From NCBI GenBank assembly GCA_963845145.1, contig CAWJQU010000002.1, positions 416,001 to 480,000 of the forward strand: a DNA stretch of 64,000 nt, in the 5' to 3' direction. This document shows, piece by piece, positions 29,365-38,700 of this stretch (its first letter is position 1; every line of letters starts with the position of its first letter). A model generated the notes under the pieces. It was given only the letters and a program-made list of their open reading frames with translations. It was not told the origin of the DNA and ran no database searches. Origin of the DNA: an uncultured delta proteobacterium (GTDB taxonomy: Bacteria > Desulfobacterota > Desulfobacteria > Desulfobacterales > QNYZ01). Position numbers and translations under genes: made by a program.

Positions 29365-30264
29365 TTATCTCCGCTGCCGGCCGGCAAACCAAACCGCGTA
29401 GGCGGTTATGATCATCCCGATAAGCTGAATAATGCTGAGACGTTCGTCAAACGCTAAAAACGCGATCAGGGCAGTCACCGGCGGCACCAGATAAAACAAA
29501 GTGGCGATACGCGACACCTCCCCATGACGGATGATTAGAATCAACAAGCTCATCGCACCCAATGATAGAATAATCACCAGCCAGGCCATCGCGCCGATGA
29601 ACTCGGGCGTCCACTCAATGTGCATGGTTTCAAAAAAATAGGCCCCGGTACCCACGAACAAGGCTGCTCCGGCAAACTGCCAAACACCGCTGGTCCTTAG
29701 GTCCTGGCTAGCGACAAATCGTTTTTGGTAAATCGTGCCCAACGTCATTCCCATCAGCGCGGCAATGCTCAGCGATACATTCAAAACACTGAGGACATGA
29801 CCGGTACTTGGCATCAGCCGGGGGCCAAGGACAATCCCCACACCCATCAACCCCATAAAAAGCCCGATCCACTGTGTCTTCGAAACCGTTTCCCCCAGCA
29901 GCGGACGCGACAAAACGGCCGTTAACAGGGGTTGCAGCCCCACAATCAACGCAGTAATACCGGCCGGCATGCCAAATGCAATCGATCCGAACACGCCGCC
30001 TAAATAAACACCATGGAGCAGTATCCCCGACACCAGGCAATGCAACACAACAATGGGCTGCCTCGGCCAGGTTGCCTTTAGCCCAAAGGCGGCAACAATC
30101 AAAACGACCAGAACGATGACAAAGCGATAAAGCAAAAAGGTAAACGGCTCGGCATACGGTAAACCGTATTTGGCTCCGATAAAGCCGGTGGACCAGAGGA
30201 ACACAAAGGTTCCCGGCATTAATCGATACCAATTGGCCGGCTCTTTTTCATTTATGGGCATCAT
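29365..30264 (-). CDS. DMT/EamA family transporter
   Basis: LWSTGFIGAKYGL, about 10 TM helices, LFYLVPPVTAL. Confidence 0.92.
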   Translation of the reverse strand: MMPINEKEPANWYRLMPGTFVFLWSTGFIGAKYGLPYAEPFTFLLYRFVIVLVVLIVAAFGLKATWPRQPIVVLHCLVSGILLHGVYLGGVFGSIAFGMPAGITALIVGLQPLLTAVLSRPLLGETVSKTQWIGLFMGLMGVGIVLGPRLMPSTGHVLSVLNVSLSIAALMGMTLGTIYQKRFVASQDLRTSGVWQFAGAALFVGTGAYFFETMHIEWTPEFIGAMAWLVIILSLGAMSLLILIIRHGEVSRIATLFYLVPPVTALIAFLAFDERLSIIQLIGMIITAYAVWFAGRQRR

Positions 30265-30557
30265 GCTTTTCAATATTTATTAAGTGGTTAAAAAACCGTA
30301 TCCTTTTTAATGCACCTTCATAGGTTTAGTAAACTTCTTTTTAATGGCCATATCCGATCTAGTTTACTTTCACAGAGAACGACTCCCGTCATGATGGTTA
30401 ATATATCAAAAGGTTATATAGACAACGCCACCTTTTTATAAAACCGCTTTCTCCAGGAAAAATGGCCTCAATTTACTTTTCTTTTTTAAATCTATGATTA
30501 TGGTACAATGTACATGTCAGTAGACAATGAATCGCGATATTTAACAGGAGGCTTGTC

Positions 30558-31388
30558 ATGTGGGAATATACCGATAAGGTTAAAGAACATTTTCTGACCC
30601 CGTTGAATGTGGGGACGATTGAAGATGCCGATGGGGTTGGAGAAGTGGGGTCCCTGGCTTGCGGGGATGCATTGACCCTGTATTTTAAGTTAGGGGATGA
30701 CGGTCGCATTGCCGATGTGAAGTTTCAAACCTTTGGTTGTGCCAGCGCCATCGCTTCCTCATCTGCCTTGACGGAGATGCTGAAAGGCCTGACTTTGGAA
30801 GAGGCCAAAAAAATATCCAACGACGATATTGCCGATTATCTCGGTGGCTTGCCCAAAGAAAAAATGCACTGCTCGGTTATGGGTCGGGAGGCCCTGGAAG
30901 CGGCCATTGCCAACTATGAAGGCACGCGGGTCAAGGAAGCCGAAGGTGAGATCGTCTGTGAATGTTTCGGCGTGACGGATCGCCAGATCGAACGGGTGGT
31001 TAAGGAAAACCAGTTGACTTCCATCGAGGATGTAACCAGCTATGTAAAAGCGGGCGGTGGGTGTGAAAAATGTCACGACCAGATTCAGGAGATCATTGAT
31101 TCCGTCCTGGGCAATGAACCCCGTAAGAAAAAGAAAAAAACCAAGTTAACCAATATCCAGAAAATCAAACTCATCGAGGAGACGCTGGAAAGAGAAATAC
31201 GTCCGGCGCTGGAAAAGGATGGCGGCGATATCGAACTTATCGATGTGGATGGTAATGCGGTATATGTGCAGCTGCGGGGGACATGCGCCACCTGCCGACT
31301 GTCCGAGGTTACTTTGTCCGAGTACGTTCAGGCAAAATTACGCGAGCTGGTTACCCCCGAACTGGTGGTTGAGGAGGTGCATCCATGA
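30558..31388 (+). CDS. nifU: Fe-S cluster scaffold NifU (IscU + BFD-like + Nfu domains)
   Basis: SLACGD, FGCASA, KMHCS; CECF...GGGCEKC; DGGDIEL...GTCATC. Confidence 0.96.
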   Translation: MWEYTDKVKEHFLTPLNVGTIEDADGVGEVGSLACGDALTLYFKLGDDGRIADVKFQTFGCASAIASSSALTEMLKGLTLEEAKKISNDDIADYLGGLPKEKMHCSVMGREALEAAIANYEGTRVKEAEGEIVCECFGVTDRQIERVVKENQLTSIEDVTSYVKAGGGCEKCHDQIQEIIDSVLGNEPRKKKKKTKLTNIQKIKLIEETLEREIRPALEKDGGDIELIDVDGNAVYVQLRGTCATCRLSEVTLSEYVQAKLRELVTPELVVEEVHP

Positions 31389-32563
31389 CAATGGTTTATG
31401 TGGATAACAATGCCACAACTCAGATCGCACCCGAAGTGCTTGAAGAGATGACGCCGTTCCTTACGGAGTACTATGGCAACCCGTCCAGCATGTATTCTTT
31501 TGCCGGCTATGTGGGAGAGAAAATCAAAGAGGCGCGGCAAAAAGTGGCCCGGCTGATCGGTGCCTCACCGGATGAAATTGTACTTACCAGTTGCGGTACG
31601 GAAAGCGATAGTACCGGTATCCAGGCCGCACTTCGATCCAATCCGGATAAGCGCCATGTCATTACCACTCGCGTGGAACATCCGGCCGTCAGAAGTCTTT
31701 GTGAAGACCTGGCCAAACGCGGCTACCGCGTCACGTTTGTCCCCGTCGACCATAAAGGGAATCTGGACCTGGACTTTTTTTACGATCACCTGTCTGACGA
31801 TACGGCTGTCGCTAGTATCATGTGGGCCAATAATGAATCCGGAGTGATCTTTCCCATCCCTGAAATCGCCGAGGTCCTCCAGGACCGTGGAATTGTCTTT
31901 CATACCGATGCGGTCCAGGCGGTCGGGAAAATACCCATCAACCTGGCGTCCCTTCCCGTGGACATGCTCTCCTTATCGGGACACAAATTGCATGCGCCTA
32001 AAGGTATCGGTGCGTTGTATGTTAAAAAAGGCACTAAATTTTCACCGTTTCTGATCGGCGGCCACCAGGAGCACGGCCGCCGGGGCGGGACTGAGAACAC
32101 GGCCTCCATCGTCGCCCTGGGCAAAGCCTGTGAACTGGCCGGACAGCACATTGATGATGAAAATTCCCGTATCAAGGGGCTGAGAGACAAACTGGAAAAT
32201 GAATTACTGGCCCGCATTGAAAAAGCATCAATCAACGGCGACCCCACAAACCGCTTACCCAACACGACGAGTATCGGCTTTGACTCGGTTGAAGGGGAAG
32301 GCATTTTACTTCTGCTGGATCAATATGGGATCTGTGCGTCATCCGGCTCGGCCTGCACTTCCGGATCGCTTGAACCCTCCCATGTTTTACGAGCCATGGG
32401 CGTCCCCTTTACATCGGCCCACGGTTCGATACGATTCAGCCTGAGCCGGTACAATACCGAAGAGCAAATCGATTATATCATTGAACATCTGCCCCCTATT
32501 ATCAGCAGGCTTAGAGAGATGTCACCGTTCTGGAAAAAACATCAGTCCGGTCAGACCGGCTAA
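31385..32563 (+). CDS. nifS: Cysteine desulfurase NifS
   Basis: DNNATT, HTDAVQ, SGHKLHAPKG, SSGSACTS. Confidence 0.96.
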   Translation: MTMVYVDNNATTQIAPEVLEEMTPFLTEYYGNPSSMYSFAGYVGEKIKEARQKVARLIGASPDEIVLTSCGTESDSTGIQAALRSNPDKRHVITTRVEHPAVRSLCEDLAKRGYRVTFVPVDHKGNLDLDFFYDHLSDDTAVASIMWANNESGVIFPIPEIAEVLQDRGIVFHTDAVQAVGKIPINLASLPVDMLSLSGHKLHAPKGIGALYVKKGTKFSPFLIGGHQEHGRRGGTENTASIVALGKACELAGQHIDDENSRIKGLRDKLENELLARIEKASINGDPTNRLPNTTSIGFDSVEGEGILLLLDQYGICASSGSACTSGSLEPSHVLRAMGVPFTSAHGSIRFSLSRYNTEEQIDYIIEHLPPIISRLREMSPFWKKHQSGQTG

Positions 32564-32745
32564 GTAACCAATAGGGATCAACGTTCGTTCGATGGGGTTG
32601 TTATTTCATGGGTTGGGCCTGAATATTGGTCTCGTATCGATTAAAAGGCCCAACCGGGATTTATTATTAGGCACCTCGGTAACAACAGCGTGTTCATGAG
32701 GCAAGGGGCTTAGAATAGGCCCAAAAATGGCGGGATGGTTGGTGT

Positions 32746-33030
32746 CTACTTCGGGTTGATCTTGTTTCGCAACGTCGCCGAGCACCGGAACGTGATGACC
32801 CGACGCTTGTCTAACATCATAGAGTCCCCGGTGGCCGGATTGCGGCCTTTACGCTGACTCTTATCCTTGACGCAAAACTTGCCAAAGCCACTGATCAGAA
32901 TATCCTCACCTTCTTCCAACGTCGACTTCATAATTTCAAGTAATGTCTCCACCACTTGCCCGGCTTCTTTTTTTGGATATCCGATTTTTTCGTGCACATC
33001 ATTAATGATCTTGGCTTTTGTCAGTGTCAT
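32746..33030 (-). CDS. ihfA: Integration host factor subunit alpha
   Basis: TLTKA, ISGFGKF, RKGRNPATG. Confidence 0.9.
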   Translation of the reverse strand: MTLTKAKIINDVHEKIGYPKKEAGQVVETLLEIMKSTLEEGEDILISGFGKFCVKDKSQRKGRNPATGDSMMLDKRRVITFRCSATLRNKINPK

Positions 33031-33288
33031 GGGTACCCTGCTCCTGCGCGATAGTTACATAAAGCTGTCAAGGATGTCGGTGAAAATCCGAAGCCCTGGA
33101 CAAAATTAGATTATTATCAAAAGTCTCAGCCTGTTACCGAACGAAAAGTAATTTTCTCCGACATTATCCATCCAATATTGATTTGTCAAGAAAATATAGA
33201 CCTTATCTAATTTATTGACAATCACCGCTGCGAATAAGTCATCGCACAAATTATCCTGAACAGATTGCCCGGTTTTGTCAAGCCGATT

Positions 33289-33331
33289 TTGTCAATATAG
33301 TTGACAATTTAAATTTTTGTGCCATTATATT
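33289..33331 (+). promoter_or_regulatory. Palindrome TTGTCAA-N5-TTGACAA containing a -35 TTGACA, with a -10-like element downstream
   Basis: 7-5-7 inverted repeat at 33289-33307; CATTAT/TATATT at 33323-33331. Confidence 0.5.
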
Positions 33332-33412
33332 CACAAGCAATTGATAATTCCTTATAATACGCATTTCGTTCTAATCCACTATTAAAGTAACCGACCAGAA
33401 GAGGTGACAATC

Positions 33413-34591
33413 ATGGGAGTAACAGATCTGATTCAAAGTCCGCTCAAACAGCTTGATAAAGCCGTGAATGCCCTGCGTGATCTGGGCCTGATGCCCACCA
33501 AGCCGGATGAGGCGCCGATCATCACCTTGATTAATCAAATCAGCGATTTGGATCAAGAAAAAGCCGTGGCCATTGCACGCACTTTGAGCCACACGACTAT
33601 TTTTAATGAAGTCGTGCGGGAACAGATTGTTGCCATGAATGTGGGTGAACGCTATGAGGATATCACGCAGGCGTTCAACAGTATCCGCGATGACGCCAAA
33701 AGCATGGTGACCCAGTTGGACGATGGCAAGATAAGCACCATGGAAAAGGTTCAAAACGTGTGGATGAAAGTGACCCGGGGCGATATTCCCAGCCGTTTCC
33801 GAAAAATTAAAAAGACCTTTTTGTCCGTGACCGACGACTCAAAAGATCAAATCGACAGGGAAAATATCATCATCGAAGCTTATAAGGATTTTCGCGGCGC
33901 CCTGAAAGAATCCCAGGTTATGGCCTTTCAGCTACTGAAGAAAGAAGAAGCCGTGTTGGACGAGGCCAAGGCAGCTTTGGAAGCTTCTGCGCAGGCCATA
34001 GAGACCAACACCAACGAAGACCGGGAGCACATCGCCCGTTTGGAGATGACCCGTGATCAAAAATTGCGCGATCTTCAGAATGAGGACAAACGCTACCAAA
34101 TTGCTAAGGATTTGGCCGAAAACCTTTCGATCAGTTATAACACCACAGAGGTCATCATGGCGCGTTTGATGCAATCGACCGCGTTGAAAGAGCGGGTCTA
34201 TTCCCAATCCGTCTCATTTTTCAGTACCAATGAAAGCGTGTTTACCGCTTTAAACGCCTCTTTTACCAGTATGCAGGGACTGCACGAGAGTACCCAGACC
34301 CTGGAATCGATGAAAGAAGGGGTTAATAAAAGCCTGGAAACCCTGGCCGAAGTCGGCGGTAAGGTGCAGGAAGAGGCCCTAAAAGCCGGATATGGTGCCA
34401 CGATCAAGGCCGAATCGGTTAAAAAGCTCATCGACTCAGTGGTCTCTTTTCAGGAAAGATCCATCACCCTGATTGCCGAAATGCGGGAACAGAGCAGCCG
34501 CAATGAAGAGGAAATCAGGCAAGCGGTTGAAGACGGTAAACGGCGGATGGCGGAACTGGCCAACAGTGGGCAAGCAATGATCAATGGCTGA
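33413..34591 (+). CDS. Uncharacterised all-helical protein (loosely TelA/KlaA-like)
   Basis: GAGGTG RBS; about 392 aa, coiled-coil rich, no TM; family call is tentative. Confidence 0.75.
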   Translation: MGVTDLIQSPLKQLDKAVNALRDLGLMPTKPDEAPIITLINQISDLDQEKAVAIARTLSHTTIFNEVVREQIVAMNVGERYEDITQAFNSIRDDAKSMVTQLDDGKISTMEKVQNVWMKVTRGDIPSRFRKIKKTFLSVTDDSKDQIDRENIIIEAYKDFRGALKESQVMAFQLLKKEEAVLDEAKAALEASAQAIETNTNEDREHIARLEMTRDQKLRDLQNEDKRYQIAKDLAENLSISYNTTEVIMARLMQSTALKERVYSQSVSFFSTNESVFTALNASFTSMQGLHESTQTLESMKEGVNKSLETLAEVGGKVQEEALKAGYGATIKAESVKKLIDSVVSFQERSITLIAEMREQSSRNEEEIRQAVEDGKRRMAELANSGQAMING

Positions 34592-35666
34592 CACGACGAA
34601 AGCAAAAAAGGTTGATCTACCTGATATCATGCTTGCCATGGATGTTGTCGATACCCTGCGACATCAACAATCCATAGTCACTCGTGAGCTGGATACGGAA
34701 GCCTATGATCGGGCCTTGATCGACAAGGTCCGTAAAATCTACGCCGATCAGGGGCTGAAGGTATCCGACGAGATCATCAATCGAGGCGTGGCGGCCCTAC
34801 GCGAAAATCGGTTTACCTACACTCCGCCAAAATGGCGCCCTAAAATTGCCCTGGCCCGAATGTATGCCAATCGCGGCAAGTGGTCCAAGGTGGGGGCTAT
34901 TGTCGCCGCCTTGGTGCTGGCCGTATGGCTCGTATTTCAATTCGCCGTGGTGGGTCCTGCCAGCCGTGAAAGAACACGTCAGGGGAAACAACTGACCAAT
35001 GTCTGGAAACAGTTTCAAAGTGTTAAAAAATCCAGCCGCCTGGCCCAAGTGGGCGACGGGTTGTATCAACAGGCAAAAGCGGACCTTGAAGGCGGCCGAA
35101 CCGAGGCTGCCTCCAGTGCGATTGCACAATTAACCTCACTGTCAAAATTGCCGGACCAAATCGTTGCTGTGTACACCGGCATAAAAAATGAGGCGCAGGA
35201 GAAGAAAGCCGTCACCACGGCAGATCGTCTTTATCGGGATGCCTTGGCAGCGCTTGATCGTGGCGATGTGGCAACAGCCAAAAAGACCACGAGCACACTT
35301 CAAATGCTGGCCAATCGACTGGCCTCCCAATATACGCTTCGCATCGTTTCTCAACCGAACAAACCCAGTGGGGTCTGGCGTAATCCCCCGAACAACCCCA
35401 ATACACGCAATTATTATATCATTGTGGAAGCCGTAACACCGGACGGTAAACGAATCGCCCTACCCGTTATTAACGAAGAAGATGGAAAAGCCCAAACGGT
35501 CACCACGTGGGGTGTCCGCGTCCCTGATCGTGTGTTCAATCAAATTCGAAGCGACAAGCAGGATAACGGGATAATTGATGAAAATCATTTCGGTGTTAAG
35601 CGACGGGGCTATTTAGCACCGGAGTACCTGTTTCCCACTGCTGGCGGAATGATCACGAAATGGTAG
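34584..35666 (+). CDS. Uncharacterised single-pass membrane protein (DUF6384-like)
   Basis: MLAMDVVDTLRH N-terminal motif, one TM at about aa 103-122, GVWR..NYYIIVEA..WGVRV; 8-nt overlap with upstream gene. Confidence 0.78.
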   Translation: MADTTKAKKVDLPDIMLAMDVVDTLRHQQSIVTRELDTEAYDRALIDKVRKIYADQGLKVSDEIINRGVAALRENRFTYTPPKWRPKIALARMYANRGKWSKVGAIVAALVLAVWLVFQFAVVGPASRERTRQGKQLTNVWKQFQSVKKSSRLAQVGDGLYQQAKADLEGGRTEAASSAIAQLTSLSKLPDQIVAVYTGIKNEAQEKKAVTTADRLYRDALAALDRGDVATAKKTTSTLQMLANRLASQYTLRIVSQPNKPSGVWRNPPNNPNTRNYYIIVEAVTPDGKRIALPVINEEDGKAQTVTTWGVRVPDRVFNQIRSDKQDNGIIDENHFGVKRRGYLAPEYLFPTAGGMITKW

Positions 35667-35696
35667 GGCACACATGAAGATAAGGAGAATAGGTCA

Positions 35697-37133
35697 ATGT
35701 TGAGCGGTCGCGATTCGCTGGCAATTTTTAACCAACGGATCAATGATGCCCGTGGACAAATCGACGGTGCCCATCATCAATTGAAAACGATTTCAGAGCG
35801 CTTGGCGGTCATTCGCCAAAAGGAGGCGGCCCAGTATCGGGAACTGGCCCGGTTACGATTGGATGAAATTGCCGCGGGGAAGCTCATCAATGGCATAGAT
35901 GGTACGGATCGCGCCGTTTTGCGTCTATTGGCCCAGAAGGTCGAGGCGTTGGATCAGCTAAACAACGATATCGATACGTCCCTGGACCGCCAAAATAGAC
36001 TGAGCGAAAATCGTGAAAATAGAGAAAGTCAGCGGGATGAGGCTTTCGAAACGCTTCAATCTAAAATTGCCGAAACCGAAACACAATTGGAAACCCTCAC
36101 CGCCTATAAAGAGCAAAAAGCCCATTGGCAAACGGCCGTGACACAGTCCCAAAACGCGGATGAAAAAGCCGATCAGGCCGAGACCGATCGCACCGAAAAA
36201 GGCAAGCCGTATGAAAAAGATTCCCTTTTTATGTATCTGTGGCGCCGACGGTACCTGACGCCGGATTATGAAGGGGGATGGTTGACGCGCAGCCTGGATG
36301 GGTGGGTCGCCAAACTCATCGATTTTGAGGAGGCCCGTCCCAATTACTTCATGTTAACCGAACTACCTGTCCGCCTTCGGGAACATGCCGACAGCCTGAA
36401 GCAAAGCGTCGAAGACGAAGCTTCGGCCCTACACGTTCTGGAGGCCGAGGCCGCCGAGAAAAATGGGATCCCCTCGCTTCAAGCATCATTGGATGTGGCT
36501 GAAAAACAATTGCACCAAATTGACGACGATATCGAAAGCGAAGAAAAACAACACGCCGAGTTGTTGCATAGCCGCTCCCTTTATGTCGCCGGTGAAGATG
36601 AATTTTCGAAGCAGGCCATCGAGCTGCAAGTGGGCCAATTAAAACGTAAAACCTTATCCGATCTCTATCGGGACGCCCGGACCACACCCACGCCCAAAGA
36701 CGATGTGGTGGTCACCAGGCTGGGAGAACTGGCCGATGACGAAAAACGATTAAATGGGGATATTGAAGCGCTGAAGTCAACCGAACGACAAAATCAGGGT
36801 GTATTAAAGGAAATGGAGAGACTGCGCGGCTGGTTTCGACGCCAGAACTATGACTCCCATTACTCAAAATTTCCCTCGGGCTTTACGCTGGGCGTCCTGC
36901 TTGACCAACTGCTTCGTGGTGCCTTGTCCGGGGACCGCCTAAGAGAGCGTATTCAGCGGGAACAACAATTCAAGCGCCCCCGAAAACAAAGAAAAGGTGG
37001 CGGCTGGATAGACTTTGATGGCGGTTTTGGCGGCGGTGGCGGCGGTTTTGGTGGCGGTGGCGGATCGGGTGGTGGTTTCGGTGGGGGTTTCGGTTCAAGC
37101 GGCGGCGGTTTTCGAACCGGTGGGGGCTTTTAG
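35697..37133 (+). CDS. Uncharacterised coiled-coil protein with Gly/Phe-rich C-terminal tail
   Basis: AAGGAG upstream; long heptad helices; KPYEKDSLFMYLW; ends GGGFRTGGGF. Confidence 0.8.
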   Translation: MLSGRDSLAIFNQRINDARGQIDGAHHQLKTISERLAVIRQKEAAQYRELARLRLDEIAAGKLINGIDGTDRAVLRLLAQKVEALDQLNNDIDTSLDRQNRLSENRENRESQRDEAFETLQSKIAETETQLETLTAYKEQKAHWQTAVTQSQNADEKADQAETDRTEKGKPYEKDSLFMYLWRRRYLTPDYEGGWLTRSLDGWVAKLIDFEEARPNYFMLTELPVRLREHADSLKQSVEDEASALHVLEAEAAEKNGIPSLQASLDVAEKQLHQIDDDIESEEKQHAELLHSRSLYVAGEDEFSKQAIELQVGQLKRKTLSDLYRDARTTPTPKDDVVVTRLGELADDEKRLNGDIEALKSTERQNQGVLKEMERLRGWFRRQNYDSHYSKFPSGFTLGVLLDQLLRGALSGDRLRERIQREQQFKRPRKQRKGGGWIDFDGGFGGGGGGFGGGGGSGGGFGGGFGSSGGGFRTGGGF

Positions 37134-37208
37134 GCGACGCCATTTAGCAGCTATCCGGTTTCACTTCCTCAAGAGACCTAATTAAACCGTCTTTAGCCCG
37201 TTCCAGCA

Positions 37209-38321
37209 TTAACCGATGCTTTCTAAATCTTTAAGCAATCCGGTCTCAACCCGACATCTGGCAAAATACCAGTTGCTGTCAGGCCGCATACTCACAATGA
37301 TATGATATCCAGTTGGCACGGTTAGAAAAATCAGCGTATGGGCCTGTGTATGAACAGTCAAGCCCTCGTATTTACCCAACACCTTTTCGCCAAACGTATG
37401 ACTCGACATTGTCACGATCTTCTTCACCGCGACCCGAAGTGGGTCAAAATCAAATTTGCCCGCCGTTTCACTCGCCAATAGATTTCCCTGGCTACTCAAT
37501 ATGGCGATGGCCTGAAATCCTTTGACCTTTTTTAACCCCTCGGCGGCAGTCTTTGCCAACGCACCTAATGATTTTTCAAGACGAACGTCACGACCTGCTT
37601 TTGACTTCTGACCCGCCAACCGCTTGGGCCTCAATTCTTTTTGGTTTGCAGAGGGCCGCTCCCCGAACCAGGCGATGTCAAAGACCTCCATAATGTCGAT
37701 AGTCTCCGAAGGGTTGGGCCTTTTTTTAGGCAGTGCGTCGATTTGCAGCCGAATCCCCTCCCAAGCGGCCATTTCGAGAATCGCCTTTTTCCCTAAAAAT
37801 TTTTGATAGCCCGCACCGATGATCCGCCCGTTGTCAAAATAAATAAATCCCTTTTCTTTTTCTTGTGATTCAATCATAAGGCAACAGGTCTTGCGGCTTT
37901 TCCAAACCAGGGGCAGAAAGCTCCGCATGGAAATCCCTTTGAAAGCGACCCCCTCATCCTTTAAAACCAGACCGACAAAAATCGCCGTTGTTAACGCTTC
38001 CGGGCTGACGGGCTTTTCAATGTGATAGAGAATATCCTGACGATCCGGTTTTTCCCTGAACCAAGGAACCCCATGCTCCGACATGACAATGCATGGCGTC
38101 TCGGGATGGGTTCGGCTCATATGGGCTAAAAGTTCAATCCCATCAAACTTGGGGATATCGATTCCTGTGCAAAAGACATTGATATCCCCCTTATTAAGAA
38201 TGCTGATTGCCTTTTCTCCATCGGATGAGATGGCAACATCAAAGTTATAAATAACCTTAAACCACTCCTGAAAAGTGATCAATTCTTTAGGATTGTTATC
38301 CACAACAAGTACATTCTTCAT
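37209..38321 (-). CDS. Atypical receiver + DUF4388-like + Roadblock/LC7-like domain protein
   Basis: VLVVDNN, IPKFDGIELL, IEKP; KGFIYFDNGRIIGA; AIAILSSQGNLLA. Confidence 0.75.
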   Translation of the reverse strand: MKNVLVVDNNPKELITFQEWFKVIYNFDVAISSDGEKAISILNKGDINVFCTGIDIPKFDGIELLAHMSRTHPETPCIVMSEHGVPWFREKPDRQDILYHIEKPVSPEALTTAIFVGLVLKDEGVAFKGISMRSFLPLVWKSRKTCCLMIESQEKEKGFIYFDNGRIIGAGYQKFLGKKAILEMAAWEGIRLQIDALPKKRPNPSETIDIMEVFDIAWFGERPSANQKELRPKRLAGQKSKAGRDVRLEKSLGALAKTAAEGLKKVKGFQAIAILSSQGNLLASETAGKFDFDPLRVAVKKIVTMSSHTFGEKVLGKYEGLTVHTQAHTLIFLTVPTGYHIIVSMRPDSNWYFARCRVETGLLKDLESIG

Positions 38322-38613
38322 ATGGCCACCCTTTTGGTTGCCCCGATTTAAAATTAAATTAATGTGTTACTATTTAGAATCTCCGGTCTATTTCCGGATA
38401 TCAAGATCTTCATATATAATATGGGCATGGGAATCAAGGGAGATGCCCCGAACCATGGGCAATCGTATTTTATCTTTCACAGTCGCACGAAACCCCATCA
38501 TGGATGTGCTTTTTCAAGGGCATTCGCTATAAATAATCACACTTTAGAGATTTTTACTTACGATTACCCTGGATAAAAGCGTTTTACCTCTTGAAACCCT
38601 ATCCACTTTTTGA

Positions 38614-38641
38614 GATGATATTAATATTCAAAAATATCATC
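38614..38641. promoter_or_regulatory. Inverted repeat, candidate transcription factor site
   Basis: GATGATATT-N10-AATATCATC about 60 nt upstream of the GAF-LuxR gene. Confidence 0.4.
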
Positions 38642-38700
38642 AGGGGGTTAGGAAAATTTCATTCCACCCCAAACATCAACCATCAGGCTGTGCCGATAAA

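Noticed and set aside
30558..32563. nifU/nifS as evidence of nitrogen fixation
   Set aside because: No nitrogenase genes are in the window, and the pair commonly serves housekeeping Fe-S assembly
37010..37130. GGC/GGT-rich stretch as a microsatellite or CRISPR-like array
   Set aside because: It encodes a Gly-rich tail with mixed codons and has no repeat-spacer structure; no CRISPR array or cas gene was seen in the window
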